From a bacterium (GTDB lineage: Bacteria; JADJOY01), in assembly GCA_046331705.1 (NCBI GenBank), contig JAXLQJ010000031.1, positions 1 to 64,000 of the forward strand: DNA of 64,000 bases. Reading direction: 5' to 3'. The position numbers and the translations under genes were made by a program. Of this stretch, positions 48,846 to 58,395 are shown piece by piece. The notes beneath the pieces are model-generated. The model ran no database searches and was not told where the DNA came from. It saw only the letters and a program-made list of their open reading frames with translations. Position 1 is the first letter of the stretch; each line of letters opens with the position of its first letter.

Positions 48846-50585
48846 TCAGCGTCCGCCGTCTTCGGCTGACTTGGGCGCGACGAATCCCTGCACGTCGATC
48901 TTGCCGTCGATGAAGCTCGCACGCTGCTGCCCGTCGGGCGTGATGACGTGGTATCGCCAGAAGCCGTGGCTCATGAGCGCCGGCGACAAGAGCTCGAGAT
49001 CGCCGTGACGATCGTTCGCCCCACGATTGAGCCAGCCCGGATCGACCACGACCTTGAGTGTCTTCTCCTCGATGCGTAGGTCGACAACGGGAACGGCGGG
49101 AACGCGTTGCGCGATGTCGGCGCGCACCTGCGCCATGTCCACGGTCTTGGCCTTGGGAGCGTCATTGCGATCGCCTTGAAACACGGTGACGATTCGCGCG
49201 ATCGCCATGACGCACGCCAGGAGGATCACCGCGATGAGCCCCACCCGCGGCTTCTGCGCCTCGCTGGCGTCGCGACCTCGTGAGCGTGTCTTGGTTTCGC
49301 GCGACTCGACGGCCTTGGTCTTCGTCTTGGGCTCGGCCTTGCGTGGCTGCTCCTCGCGTTCCTTGCGTGCGGCGGCCTTCTCTTCCGCCTCGCGAGCGGC
49401 GGTACGTGCCGTGATGACCGCTTGTCGTGCCAGCCGCTCCTTCTCGATCTGGAAGGTCTCGTAGAAGCTTGCGGAAGCCTCGGCGGATTCGATGGCCGTG
49501 GAATGCCATCCCGCGCGGGCGACGAGCGTGCCGATGGCGTCGTTGGCCTCGGAGATGGCGGTGGCCGCGGACTCGTCGATTCCCGTTTCCTCGGCGCTGG
49601 TGGCGATCCTCAGGTTGATGCCGTCGAGCAGCGTGCGATCTCGATCCAGCGCCTCCTTCAGCTCGGGTGTCAGGCGCTCGTAGCGCCAATCCGCCGTGGC
49701 GAGCGCATCCATCACGCGCATTTGCGCGGCAGCCAGCTCGAGGATCGGATGATCCCAGAGCACCTCGGCTTCGGTGGGACCTTCCTCGACCTCGGCGGGT
49801 GACGGCATTTCCACGGGAGCGGTCGGCGCGTCGAGATCCTCGAGGTCGAGCGACCACGTCCCGTCGTCGCGAGGACCGCTATCCGTCGGCGCTGCGGCGG
49901 TGGTTCCCGTCTCGAGCGGGCTCACGCGAGCGAGCGCTTCGAGACCCGCGTCGAGCACGTGCGCGGGAACGCCCGTGCCGGGGGCCAGCGGCCGGCCGCG
50001 ATAGGTCAGCACCACGCGGTCTGCCCCGCTTGCGCGTAGCTCGGTGGCGAGCTGCCGAAGCACGGTTACGTATGCGTGGAGCGGCTCGTTGACGTTGCCG
50101 GTGCGTGCCGCTGGACCATCCTCCGCGCGGGTGGCGCAGACCTGGTGACCCGCGGTCCACAGCCCGAGCCCCTCGGCGTCGGCCGGCGTCGTGGGAAGCG
50201 CCGCGTCGGCGGTGACGGGCCAACGAAGGCGCAGGTCGGCGTCGATTTCCACCGGTCCCGGATAGCCGCGCACGAGCCTGGAGACGACGGCCGCCAGCTC
50301 GTTGGGCGTACCGTCGAAGCGGAGACCGAAGGCCGAGGCGGCCGGAGCGTCAGACCCTGGATCGGGCGGCGTGGTGACGCGACCTTCTCCATGGAACGTG
50401 CCTTCGGGACCCAGCCCGAGCGCGAAATACAGGCGCGCTCGTAGGTCGGGCGGCGCTGTCGTCTGGACGACGAGGGTGACGCCCGCGATCGACGTGACGA
50501 TCCCTTCACCCCACGAGCGCCCGTCGGGCGAGTAGCGGATGGGGACGGAAACTCGAAGCGGCGGCTCCTGCGTGTCGGCAGCCAT
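48846..50585 (-). CDS. Hypothetical bitopic membrane protein with degenerate N-terminal PilZ-like domain (paralog 2)
   Basis: LRVSVPIRY...WGEGIVTSI...FALGLG..GTFHGEGRVT...FGLRF; TM VGLIAVILLACVMAIARIVTVF; homologous along its length to 46532-48238. Confidence 0.75.
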   Translation of the reverse strand: MAADTQEPPLRVSVPIRYSPDGRSWGEGIVTSIAGVTLVVQTTAPPDLRARLYFALGLGPEGTFHGEGRVTTPPDPGSDAPAASAFGLRFDGTPNELAAVVSRLVRGYPGPVEIDADLRLRWPVTADAALPTTPADAEGLGLWTAGHQVCATRAEDGPAARTGNVNEPLHAYVTVLRQLATELRASGADRVVLTYRGRPLAPGTGVPAHVLDAGLEALARVSPLETGTTAAAPTDSGPRDDGTWSLDLEDLDAPTAPVEMPSPAEVEEGPTEAEVLWDHPILELAAAQMRVMDALATADWRYERLTPELKEALDRDRTLLDGINLRIATSAEETGIDESAATAISEANDAIGTLVARAGWHSTAIESAEASASFYETFQIEKERLARQAVITARTAAREAEEKAAARKEREEQPRKAEPKTKTKAVESRETKTRSRGRDASEAQKPRVGLIAVILLACVMAIARIVTVFQGDRNDAPKAKTVDMAQVRADIAQRVPAVPVVDLRIEEKTLKVVVDPGWLNRGANDRHGDLELLSPALMSHGFWRYHVITPDGQQRASFIDGKIDVQGFVAPKSAEDGGR

Positions 50586-50803
50586 GCCTACCCCCCTCGT
50601 GGCGAAAACGCGTAGGCGGTGGGGGATGCACCGCGCCGCGCTCCGCGTCGACCTGGGACTTGGATACGAACCTCGCGATCGTATGTGGATGTGGAGTTCA
50701 CCGCAAGCAAGGCTTTCGCCGCAGCTGCGCACGTGGCATGAGAGATACGAGACGCGTGCCGCGCGCGCTGCCGCAGCCACGCAGCGAGCGAGGGGAGGGT
50801 GCG

Positions 50804-52435
50804 ATGACGGACGAGCGGGACATGACCGTGGGGAGCTTCATCCGCCGGCTTGCGACGGCCCGCGGTCCGCACCCGCTCATGATCCACGAGGGCCGTCGGC
50901 TTTCGTACGCCGAGGCCGAGCGCGAGTCCGGCGAGCTGGCGGTGGGTCTGCTCGCGGCGGGAGTCGGCAAGGGAACCCGGGTGGCGGTGTGGATGCCGAA
51001 CGGCCCCGACTGGGTGATCGCGTGGCTCGCGGCGGCGCGGATCGGCGCGCTGGTCGTGCCGATCAACACGTTCTACCAGGCGCGCGAGCTCGCGTGGGTC
51101 CTGGTGCACGCGGATTGCGCCGTGCTGCTGATGAGCGCGCGGCACCTCGGCCACGACTTCGAGGAACGGCTCGTGAGCGCGCTTCCGGGCGTGGCGGCGG
51201 CCGCCGGTCCCGAGCTCTGGCTGCGGAGCGCGCCGTTCCTGCGCCGCGTGTTCGTGTGGGGTGCCAGCGCGCGCCTCTGGGCGCGGGCCGCACCCGGGGC
51301 ACTGCTCGAGCTGGCGCGCGCAGCGCCCGCAGCGCCCGCGCTCGACGATGCGTTCGTGCGAGCCGTCGAAGCCGAGGTTTCGCCCGCGGACCCGATGGTG
51401 CTGATCTACAGCTCGGGGAGCTCGGGCGATCCCAAGGGCGCCGTCCACAGCCACGCCGGCCTGCTCCGGCATGCGCTCGCGCTCAACGCGCACCGCCGGA
51501 TCGGACCCGAGGATCGCATGTATTCGCCCATGCCGTTCTTCTGGGTCGGCGGCCTGGTCTACTCGCTGCTCGCGTGCATGCACGCTGGCGCCACGATGCT
51601 CTCGGAGGAGAGCTTCGAGCCCGGGCGCACGCTCGCGATGCTGGAGCGGGAGCGCGCCACGATCGCTGTCGGCTGGCCGCACTACGCGAAGAGCATGGCG
51701 GATCACGAGAGCTTCGCGTCGCGCGATCTATCCGCGCTTCACAGTGGGAATCTCTGGGCGATCTTGCCCGCGGCGCTGCGGCCGAACGACCCCGAGCGGC
51801 GCTCCAACGCGCTCGGCATGACCGAGACCGGCGGACCCCACACCTACGACAACATGGATCGCGATCTGCCGGAATCGCTGCGCGGCTCGTTCGGGCACGC
51901 GGTGGACGGCTTCGAGCACAAGGTCGTCGATCCCGCCACCGGCGCGACGCTCCCGGCGGGTGCGGTGGGCGAGATCTGCGTGCGCGGCCCAGGCGTGATG
52001 CTCGGCCTCGCAAAGGTGGAGCGCCACCGCGTGTTCGACACCGAGGGCTACTACCACACGGGCGATTCGGGGTTCTTCGACGGCGACGGCGTGCTCTTCT
52101 ACGCCGGACGCCTGGGCGAGCTCATCAAGACCGGCGGCGCCAACGTGACGCCGCGCGAGGTCGAGGTGGCGTTGCTGGCCTTTCCCGAGGTCAAAGAGGC
52201 GTATGTCGTCGGGCTCCCGGACGCCGCGCGCGGCGAGGTCGTCGCTGCGGCGGTGGTGCTCAAGGCGGGTGCGCGGACGAGCGGCGACGAGCTCAAGGCG
52301 CGGCTCAAAAAAGAGCTGGCCGCCTACAAGGTCCCGCGCCACGTCTGGCTTTTCGAGAGCGGAATGCTTCCGTTCACGGACTCGGGGAAGATCGACAAGA
52401 AACGCCTCAAGGCGTTGCTCGCCGAGCGCTCGTGA
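50804..52435 (+). CDS. AMP-binding acyl-CoA synthetase
   Basis: YSSGSSGDPKG P-loop, LGMTET, YHTGD, IKTGGANV.PREVE, SGKIDK; GGAGG RBS. Confidence 0.93.
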   Translation: MTDERDMTVGSFIRRLATARGPHPLMIHEGRRLSYAEAERESGELAVGLLAAGVGKGTRVAVWMPNGPDWVIAWLAAARIGALVVPINTFYQARELAWVLVHADCAVLLMSARHLGHDFEERLVSALPGVAAAAGPELWLRSAPFLRRVFVWGASARLWARAAPGALLELARAAPAAPALDDAFVRAVEAEVSPADPMVLIYSSGSSGDPKGAVHSHAGLLRHALALNAHRRIGPEDRMYSPMPFFWVGGLVYSLLACMHAGATMLSEESFEPGRTLAMLERERATIAVGWPHYAKSMADHESFASRDLSALHSGNLWAILPAALRPNDPERRSNALGMTETGGPHTYDNMDRDLPESLRGSFGHAVDGFEHKVVDPATGATLPAGAVGEICVRGPGVMLGLAKVERHRVFDTEGYYHTGDSGFFDGDGVLFYAGRLGELIKTGGANVTPREVEVALLAFPEVKEAYVVGLPDAARGEVVAAAVVLKAGARTSGDELKARLKKELAAYKVPRHVWLFESGMLPFTDSGKIDKKRLKALLAERS

Positions 52436-52695
52436 GCGTGGCGGGTGCGCCAGGAGGCGCACCTCAGTCTCTCGCGGCAACAGTGTCCCCAGTGGTTCCA
52501 GGCAGCCGTGTTTCGGCACGGCGGGTGACGTGATTCGTCAGTGTCACCGCCGGCTGTGCTCCCGCGAGCGCCGCCGTGCAGGAAGCCCGACGAATTCATT
52601 TTCCCTCGTTGATTCGGGGAACTATGGCCCCGCGCATGACGCTGGCCGCCCGACGGTGTCGTTGGTGCGCGGGCTCCTGCCTGCGCCTGGCGGCG

Positions 52696-52711
52696 TGGCA
52701 TTAGGCTTGCT
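52696..52711 (+). promoter_or_regulatory. Sigma-54 (-24/-12) promoter of pilin 1
   Basis: TGGCATTAGGCTTGCT = GG-N10-GC with TGGCA and TTGC cores, about 85 nt upstream of the ATG. Confidence 0.75.
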
Positions 52712-52794
52712 TGCGAGTGGGCTCTCACCTCGCGTGAGAGGGGAAGTGCCTGGGGACCCACAGCGCCGCCGTGGCGGCAAAGGAGAGAGGGAGC

Positions 52795-53229
52795 ATGCGG
52801 AACAATCGAGGATTTACCCTCATCGAGCTTCTGGTGGTGATTGCGATCATCGGCATCTTGGCCGCCATCGCGATCCCACAGCTTCTCGGCGCCCGGGACA
52901 AGGCGCGAAATTCGACCTGCGACGACATGTTCAAGGCCCTGAGCGGCGAGGTTGCGAACGAGCTGGATGGTGCCAAGAACGGCGGCACCGGCGAGTGCCA
53001 GGTCTCGACCAACGTCGGCGTTCTCGCGTGCGTGCTCGGCAAGCACACCGACGAGGACAACCCGCGCAACCGCAATCAGCGCGCGTATACGACCGCCGCC
53101 GACAGCAACAGCGCACCAGCGGACACCTGCCAGGTCGGGCTCGTTACCGTGAGCTCCAACGGAATCGTGTTCACCCAGAGACCGCAGCAGCTCAGCGCGA
53201 CGCGAAGCTTCCGCGTTCGCATCGACTGA
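52795..53229 (+). CDS. Type IV pilin (copy 1)
   Basis: Class III signal MRNNRG/FTLIELLVVIAIIGILAAIAIP; 4 Cys; 144 aa. Confidence 0.92.
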   Translation: MRNNRGFTLIELLVVIAIIGILAAIAIPQLLGARDKARNSTCDDMFKALSGEVANELDGAKNGGTGECQVSTNVGVLACVLGKHTDEDNPRNRNQRAYTTAADSNSAPADTCQVGLVTVSSNGIVFTQRPQQLSATRSFRVRID

Positions 53230-53253
53230 CCGATTCGCCCAGCTCGAGCGATG

Positions 53254-53281
53254 ACGGCCGGGGGAGTTCCCGGCCGTTTTC
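53254..53281 (+). terminator. Intrinsic terminator after pilin 1
   Basis: ACGGCCGGG/CCCGGCCGT stem followed by a T run. Confidence 0.7.
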
Positions 53282-53523
53282 GCTTGCTTCGGGGGCCGCT
53301 CCCCAGGGCTGGGCGCTCCCGGCCGGTGGCGAGGTCCCCGGCCCGACGAGCGCTGTGGGAAACGGTGGCGCGCGACGAAGGTGGGGCCGGCTTCGGCCAC
53401 GGTCCGGAGTCCGTCGCCTCGTCCTGGCAAGATTGCCCTTGATTCCGGTAGGGGACCCTGTGTAAGGCATTGGGGTACCGCAACGAGACTGAAACTCAAC
53501 CAAGGCGGCAAAGGAGACGGCGG

Positions 53524-53958
53524 ATGCGCAGTAACAAGGGTTTTACGTTGATCGAGCTTCTGGTCGTGATCGCGATCATCGGCATTCTGGCAGCGATCGC
53601 GATCCCGCAGCTTCTGGGCGCGCGTGACAAGGCGCGCAATGCGACGTGCGACGACATGTTCAAGGCGCTCAACGGCGAGGTCGCCAACGAGCTGGACGCC
53701 GCGATGAACGGCGCCACCGGCGAGTGCGCGGTGGGCAGCAACTCGGGTGTCGTCGCGTGCGTGCTCGCCAAGCACGTCGACGAGGACAACCCTCGCAACC
53801 GCAATCAGCGTGCGTTCACCACCGCGTCGGACAGCAACACCCCGCCGAGCGATACCTGCCAGGTCGGCCTGGTGACGGTCAGCTCAAACGGCATCGTCTT
53901 CACGCAGACGCCGCAGGTGAACGGTGTGTTCCGCACGTTCCGGGTTCGTCTCGACTGA
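53524..53958 (+). CDS. Type IV pilin (copy 2)
   Basis: MRSNKG/FTLIELLVVIAIIGILAAIAIP; 27 of 144 residues differ from copy 1 by hand count. Confidence 0.92.
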   Translation: MRSNKGFTLIELLVVIAIIGILAAIAIPQLLGARDKARNATCDDMFKALNGEVANELDAAMNGATGECAVGSNSGVVACVLAKHVDEDNPRNRNQRAFTTASDSNTPPSDTCQVGLVTVSSNGIVFTQTPQVNGVFRTFRVRLD

Positions 53959-53997
53959 TCCGAATCCTCGGCCAGGCGGCCGAGCTCGAGTCATGCC

Positions 53998-54025
53998 GAT
54001 CGGCCGGGGGCGACCCCGGCCGATC
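53998..54025. terminator. Hairpin between convergent pilin 2 and Fur genes
   Basis: GATCGGCCGGGG-GCGA-CCCCGGCCGATC perfect 12-bp stem with GNRA loop; no U tract. Confidence 0.65.
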
Positions 54026-54055
54026 GCGCTCCGGGCCAGTGCGCGGGCCTGCCGC

Positions 54056-54472
54056 TCACTCGCGGCAGCGGCGGCACACGCCGAGCAGCGTCACGTGAAC
54101 GGCCTCCACGTGGAAGCCTTCCGGCACGGCCGTCAGACCGCGAATGGGCCCGTCGGCGCTCGCCGGGAGATCGTCGATGTGGCCGCACATGCGGCAGCGC
54201 CCGTGATAGTGCGGCGTCGGGTTGGCCTCGTACCGAAACGGCTCGCCGCCTTCGGTGACGCACGAGGCGAGCCCGGCGTTCACCAACGAGCTCAGCGCCT
54301 CGTAGACCGTCTTGCGACTGGTGGACGGGAACTTGGCCAGGATCTGGCGATGTAGCTCGATCGCGGTCGGGTGGGCCTTCGAGCGTCTGAGCAGCTCGAG
54401 GAGCAGCACGCGCTGGCGGGTGATGCGCAATCCGTGGGCGGCGAGGGCTTCGCCGGGATCTGCTCGTTTCAT
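54056..54472 (-). CDS. Fur-family transcriptional regulator (PerR-like)
   Basis: GLRITRQR, HPTA, TVY..L, HYH..CRMCG and CRRC Zn-site motifs. Confidence 0.9.
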   Translation of the reverse strand: MKRADPGEALAAHGLRITRQRVLLLELLRRSKAHPTAIELHRQILAKFPSTSRKTVYEALSSLVNAGLASCVTEGGEPFRYEANPTPHYHGRCRMCGHIDDLPASADGPIRGLTAVPEGFHVEAVHVTLLGVCRRCRE

Positions 54473-54767
54473 GTGGTGCGTCTCGTCGCAGGATGGGGCG
54501 CGCGCAGTATATCGGCGCGCTCGGGGCGCCCGCCGCGGCGGGCCGCCACCTTCGTTCCCGGCGCTCCGCACGTTGGTCCGCGCGCCGATCCGCCGCGCGC
54601 CGAACCATTCTCGGGCGAAGCGAGCCGCCCCGCGAACCATCGAATTCCTCGCCGACCGCGGGTAGCCGCGGCCGGCGATCGCTCGGCGGCGCCGCGCCCT
54701 CGGGGGGGCGCCATTTGCTCGTGCTCGAGGCGGCGAGAACGGTCGAGCCGCAACGATCGCCGAAACG

Positions 54768-54781
54768 CTGATCCAGGTCAT
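54768..54781 (+). promoter_or_regulatory. FNR/DNR (Crp-Fnr)-like box
   Basis: CTGAT-CCAG-GTCAT versus consensus TTGAT-N4-ATCAA; TGA-N6-TCA core intact; 80 nt upstream of the alpha subunit ATG. Confidence 0.5.
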
Positions 54782-54860
54782 AACGCGGCGTGGTCGACCT
54801 CTTCGATGCTGGACCGCGAGCGCTGCGGGGAAGCTCGCCGCAGCGGTGCGGAGGCACGTC

Positions 54861-57800
54861 ATGGCGAAGCAGGTACCTCGGCGGGATTTCCTGAAGCTCG
54901 CGAGCGCGGCCGGCTTGGGTGTGGCGGTGACGCCAACCGAGCTCTTCGCGCAATACGCGCACCTGGCGCCCGTGGCGGTGCCCAATCCGCTCGCTGCGTA
55001 TCCGGACCGCGACTGGGAGCGGATGTACCGGGACATCTTCCGCACCGATCGCTCGTTCGTCTTCATGTGCTGCCCCAACGACACGCACAATTGCCTGCTG
55101 AACGCCTTCGTCAAGAACAACGTGGTGGTGCGCATCGAGCCGACCTACGGCTACGGCAAGGCCACCGACCTCTACGGCAACCACACCAGCGCGCGCTGGG
55201 ATCCACGCTGCTGCCAGAAGGGATTGGTGCTGGCGCGGCGCTTCTACGGTGACCGACGCGTCAACGGCGCGTTCCTGCGCGCCGGGTTCAAGAAGTGGGT
55301 GGACGACGGCTTCCCGCGCGATCCGGAAAGTGGCGCGGCGCCCAAGGAGCTGATGCGGCGCGGATGGGACTCGTGGGTCCGGGTGAGCCACGAGGAGGCC
55401 TTCGCGTACCACGCCAAGGCACTCACCAACATCGCCACCACGTACTCCGGCGAAGAGGGCAAGAAGCGCTTGCTCGCGCAGGGCTACGACCGGGACATGG
55501 TCGACGCGGTGGGCGGCGCCGGTACCCGAGTCCAGAAGTTCCGCGGCGGCATGGCCAAGCAAGGAGCGGTGCGGATCTTCGGCGCATTTCGCATGGGCAA
55601 CGTGATGGCGCTTCTCGACCACTGGATTCGCAAGGTGGACGAGGCGGACGCCAAGGGAGCGAGCACCTGGGACTCGTACTCGTTCCACACCGACCTGCCA
55701 CCCGGACATCCGATGGTGACGGGCGATCAGACCAACGACTTCGAGCTCTTCGACACCGAGAACGCCAACGTCATCGTCGCGTGGGGCATGAACTGGATCA
55801 CCACCAAGATGCCCGACAGCCACTGGCTCACCGAGGCGCGGCTCAAGGGCAAGCGCACGGTGGCGGTGACGGTCGAATACTCGGCGACCGCGTCGAAATG
55901 CGACGACGTGGTGGTCATCCGTCCCGGCACCGACCCCGCGCTGGCGCTGGGCGTGGCCCAGGTGATGATCGACGAGCAGCTCTACGACGCGGACTTCGTG
56001 CGGCGCTTCACCGATCTTCCCACGCTGGTACGCATGGACACGCTCGAGCGTCTGCGCGCGCGGGACGTCTTCCCGGGACGCACCGAGAGCAGGCTCGAGA
56101 ACTGGACCAAGGTGCTCGCGAAGGACGAGAAGCCCGTCGCGACGACCAAGCAGGAAGGCGTCCAGGTGCCCGCGAGCCTCGCGGGCGAGCTCGGCGACTT
56201 CGTCATGTGGGACGAGGAGAAGGACGTTCCCGTCGCCGTGGCGCACGACCAGCTCGGCACGCACTTCGACGCCGCCGGGGTGAAGCCCGCGCTCGAGGGC
56301 CGCTTCGAGGTGACGCTCGCCGACGGCTCCCAGGTGACGGCGCGGCCGGTGTTCGACCTGATGGCCGAGTACCTGAACGCGAACCTCACGCCCGCTCAGT
56401 GCAGTCAGATCACCTGGGCGCCCAAGGCGGCGATCGTGGAGCTGGCGCGCACGATCGCGAAGAGCGACGGGCGGACGCTCATCGCGGTGGGCATGGGGCC
56501 CAACCAGTTCTGGAACAACGACAACAAGGACCGCGCGCTCTTCCTGGTGCTGGCGCTGGCGGGCAGCCTCGGCAAGCACGGCGGGAACATCGGCAGCTAC
56601 GCCGGCAACTACAAGGCCACGCTCTTCTCGGGCGTGCCGCTGTGGACCGTCGAGGACCCGTTCCATCCGCAGCTCGATCCGGCGGGGGAGGTCCACAAGC
56701 GCTACACGACTCGTTACGAGTCCATGCACTACTGGGCCAACGGCGAGCGCCTGATGAAGGCCGGCAACAAGCAGATCACCACCGGTGCCCACGTTCCGAC
56801 GCCCACCAAGGCGATCTGGCAGGTCAACTCGAACTCGAGCCTCGGCAATCAGAAGGGCTTCTACGACGTCGTCTTCAACACGCTGCCGCGGGCGGAGTGC
56901 GTGGTCTACAACGAATGGTGGTGGACCGCGTCGTGCGAGTTCAGCGACATCGTCTACGGCGTCGATTCGTGGATGGAGTTCAAGTTCCCCGACATGACGG
57001 CGTCGAACACCAATCCGTTCGTCCAGCCCTATCCGCCGACGCCGGCGCGGCGCGCGTTCCAGACGGTCTCGGACAACGAGACCTACCTGGGCGTGGCGCG
57101 CGAGCTCACGAAGATCACCGGCGACGAGCGCTTCCAGCAGATGTGGCAGTTCATCGCCGACGGAAAGGCCGAGATCTACCTGCAGCGGATCGTCGACGGC
57201 TCCACGTCACTCAAGGGCTATCAGTTCGCCGACATCCTGGAGCGTGGCAGGCGCGGCATCCCGTCGCTCATGAACACGCGGACCTATCCGCGTGTGTCGA
57301 GCTACGAGCAGGTCGCCGAGTCGAAGCCCTGGTACACGAAGACCGGGCGTCTCGAGCTCTACCGGCCCGAGCCCGAGTTCATCGAGGCCGGCGAGAACCT
57401 GATCGTCCATCGCGAACCGGCGGACGCCACCTTCTACGACCCGTGCGCGATCGTCGCGGCGCCCCATGCCGCCATTCGTCCCAAGCGCCCCGCCGACTGG
57501 GCCATCCCCCCGGAGGAGCGCAACCACATCACGCGCCAGATGCGCAACACCACGTACTCGGTGGGCGAGCTGCTCGCGAGCAAGCATCCGCTTCGCGACC
57601 AGGGGTGGGACCACGTCTTCCACACCCCCAAGTACCGTCACGGCGCGCACACGATGCCGATCGACACCGACTTCATGGCGGCGCTCTTCGGCCCGTTCGG
57701 CGACATGTACCGCCGTGACAAGCGCATGCCCGGCTCGGGTGAGATGTACGTCGACATCAACCCGGCCGACGCCCGTGGGCTGGGCATCGAGGACGGCGAT

Positions 57801-58340
57801 TACGTGTGGATCGACGGCGACCCCAACGACCTGCCGTTTCGGGGCTGGAACGATCCGGCGCGCAAGGACGAGTACCACGTGGCGCGTTGCATGGCCCGCG
57901 CGCGCTACTACCCGGGCACGCCCAAGGGCATCACCCGGATGTGGTTCAACGGCTACATGGCGACCCCGGGATCGGTGAAGGGTGCCGCGACCCGCGAGGA
58001 CGGCGTCGCCAAGAATCCCGAGACCCACTACCAGGCGCTGTTCCGCTTCGGTGGTCACCAGAGCATGACGCGTTCGTGGCTCAAGCCGACCCACCAAACG
58101 CAGACGCTCGTCACCCGCAAGCTCTTCTCGAACGAGCTGACCAAGGGCTTCAGCGCGGACGTGCACTGCGTGACCGGTGCTCCACGCGAGGCGCTCGCGA
58201 AGTTCACCAAGGCCGAGGACGGTGGCATCGGCGGCACGGGCGTGTGGCGCCCGGTGACGATGGGGCTCAGGCCCAGGGCCGAGAGCGACGCGATGAAGCA
58301 GTACCTGAAGGGTGGATTCGTGAAGGTGCGCAAGGCCTGA
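54861..58340 (+). CDS. nxrA: Periplasmic nitrite oxidoreductase / nitrate reductase-like alpha subunit (type II DMSO reductase family, Mo-bisPGD)
   Basis: Tat motif RRDFLK; FS0 C-x3-D-x3-C-x39-C; YSFHTDLPPGHP (Asp Mo ligand); WGMNWITTKMPDSHWLTEAR; WYTKTGR; HTPKYRHGAH; 1159 aa. Confidence 0.88.
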   Translation: MAKQVPRRDFLKLASAAGLGVAVTPTELFAQYAHLAPVAVPNPLAAYPDRDWERMYRDIFRTDRSFVFMCCPNDTHNCLLNAFVKNNVVVRIEPTYGYGKATDLYGNHTSARWDPRCCQKGLVLARRFYGDRRVNGAFLRAGFKKWVDDGFPRDPESGAAPKELMRRGWDSWVRVSHEEAFAYHAKALTNIATTYSGEEGKKRLLAQGYDRDMVDAVGGAGTRVQKFRGGMAKQGAVRIFGAFRMGNVMALLDHWIRKVDEADAKGASTWDSYSFHTDLPPGHPMVTGDQTNDFELFDTENANVIVAWGMNWITTKMPDSHWLTEARLKGKRTVAVTVEYSATASKCDDVVVIRPGTDPALALGVAQVMIDEQLYDADFVRRFTDLPTLVRMDTLERLRARDVFPGRTESRLENWTKVLAKDEKPVATTKQEGVQVPASLAGELGDFVMWDEEKDVPVAVAHDQLGTHFDAAGVKPALEGRFEVTLADGSQVTARPVFDLMAEYLNANLTPAQCSQITWAPKAAIVELARTIAKSDGRTLIAVGMGPNQFWNNDNKDRALFLVLALAGSLGKHGGNIGSYAGNYKATLFSGVPLWTVEDPFHPQLDPAGEVHKRYTTRYESMHYWANGERLMKAGNKQITTGAHVPTPTKAIWQVNSNSSLGNQKGFYDVVFNTLPRAECVVYNEWWWTASCEFSDIVYGVDSWMEFKFPDMTASNTNPFVQPYPPTPARRAFQTVSDNETYLGVARELTKITGDERFQQMWQFIADGKAEIYLQRIVDGSTSLKGYQFADILERGRRGIPSLMNTRTYPRVSSYEQVAESKPWYTKTGRLELYRPEPEFIEAGENLIVHREPADATFYDPCAIVAAPHAAIRPKRPADWAIPPEERNHITRQMRNTTYSVGELLASKHPLRDQGWDHVFHTPKYRHGAHTMPIDTDFMAALFGPFGDMYRRDKRMPGSGEMYVDINPADARGLGIEDGDYVWIDGDPNDLPFRGWNDPARKDEYHVARCMARARYYPGTPKGITRMWFNGYMATPGSVKGAATREDGVAKNPETHYQALFRFGGHQSMTRSWLKPTHQTQTLVTRKLFSNELTKGFSADVHCVTGAPREALAKFTKAEDGGIGGTGVWRPVTMGLRPRAESDAMKQYLKGGFVKVRKA

Positions 58341-58395
58341 GCGGGGCAGGGCGAAGGGCCGGGCGCGAGCGCGCGAAGGCGGAAAGGAAACGACG

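Noticed and set aside
53424-53482. Sigma-54 promoter for pilin 2 (TGGCAAGATTGC; AGGCATTGGGGTACCGC)
   Set aside because: GG-to-GC spacing is 7 or 12 nt rather than the required 10.
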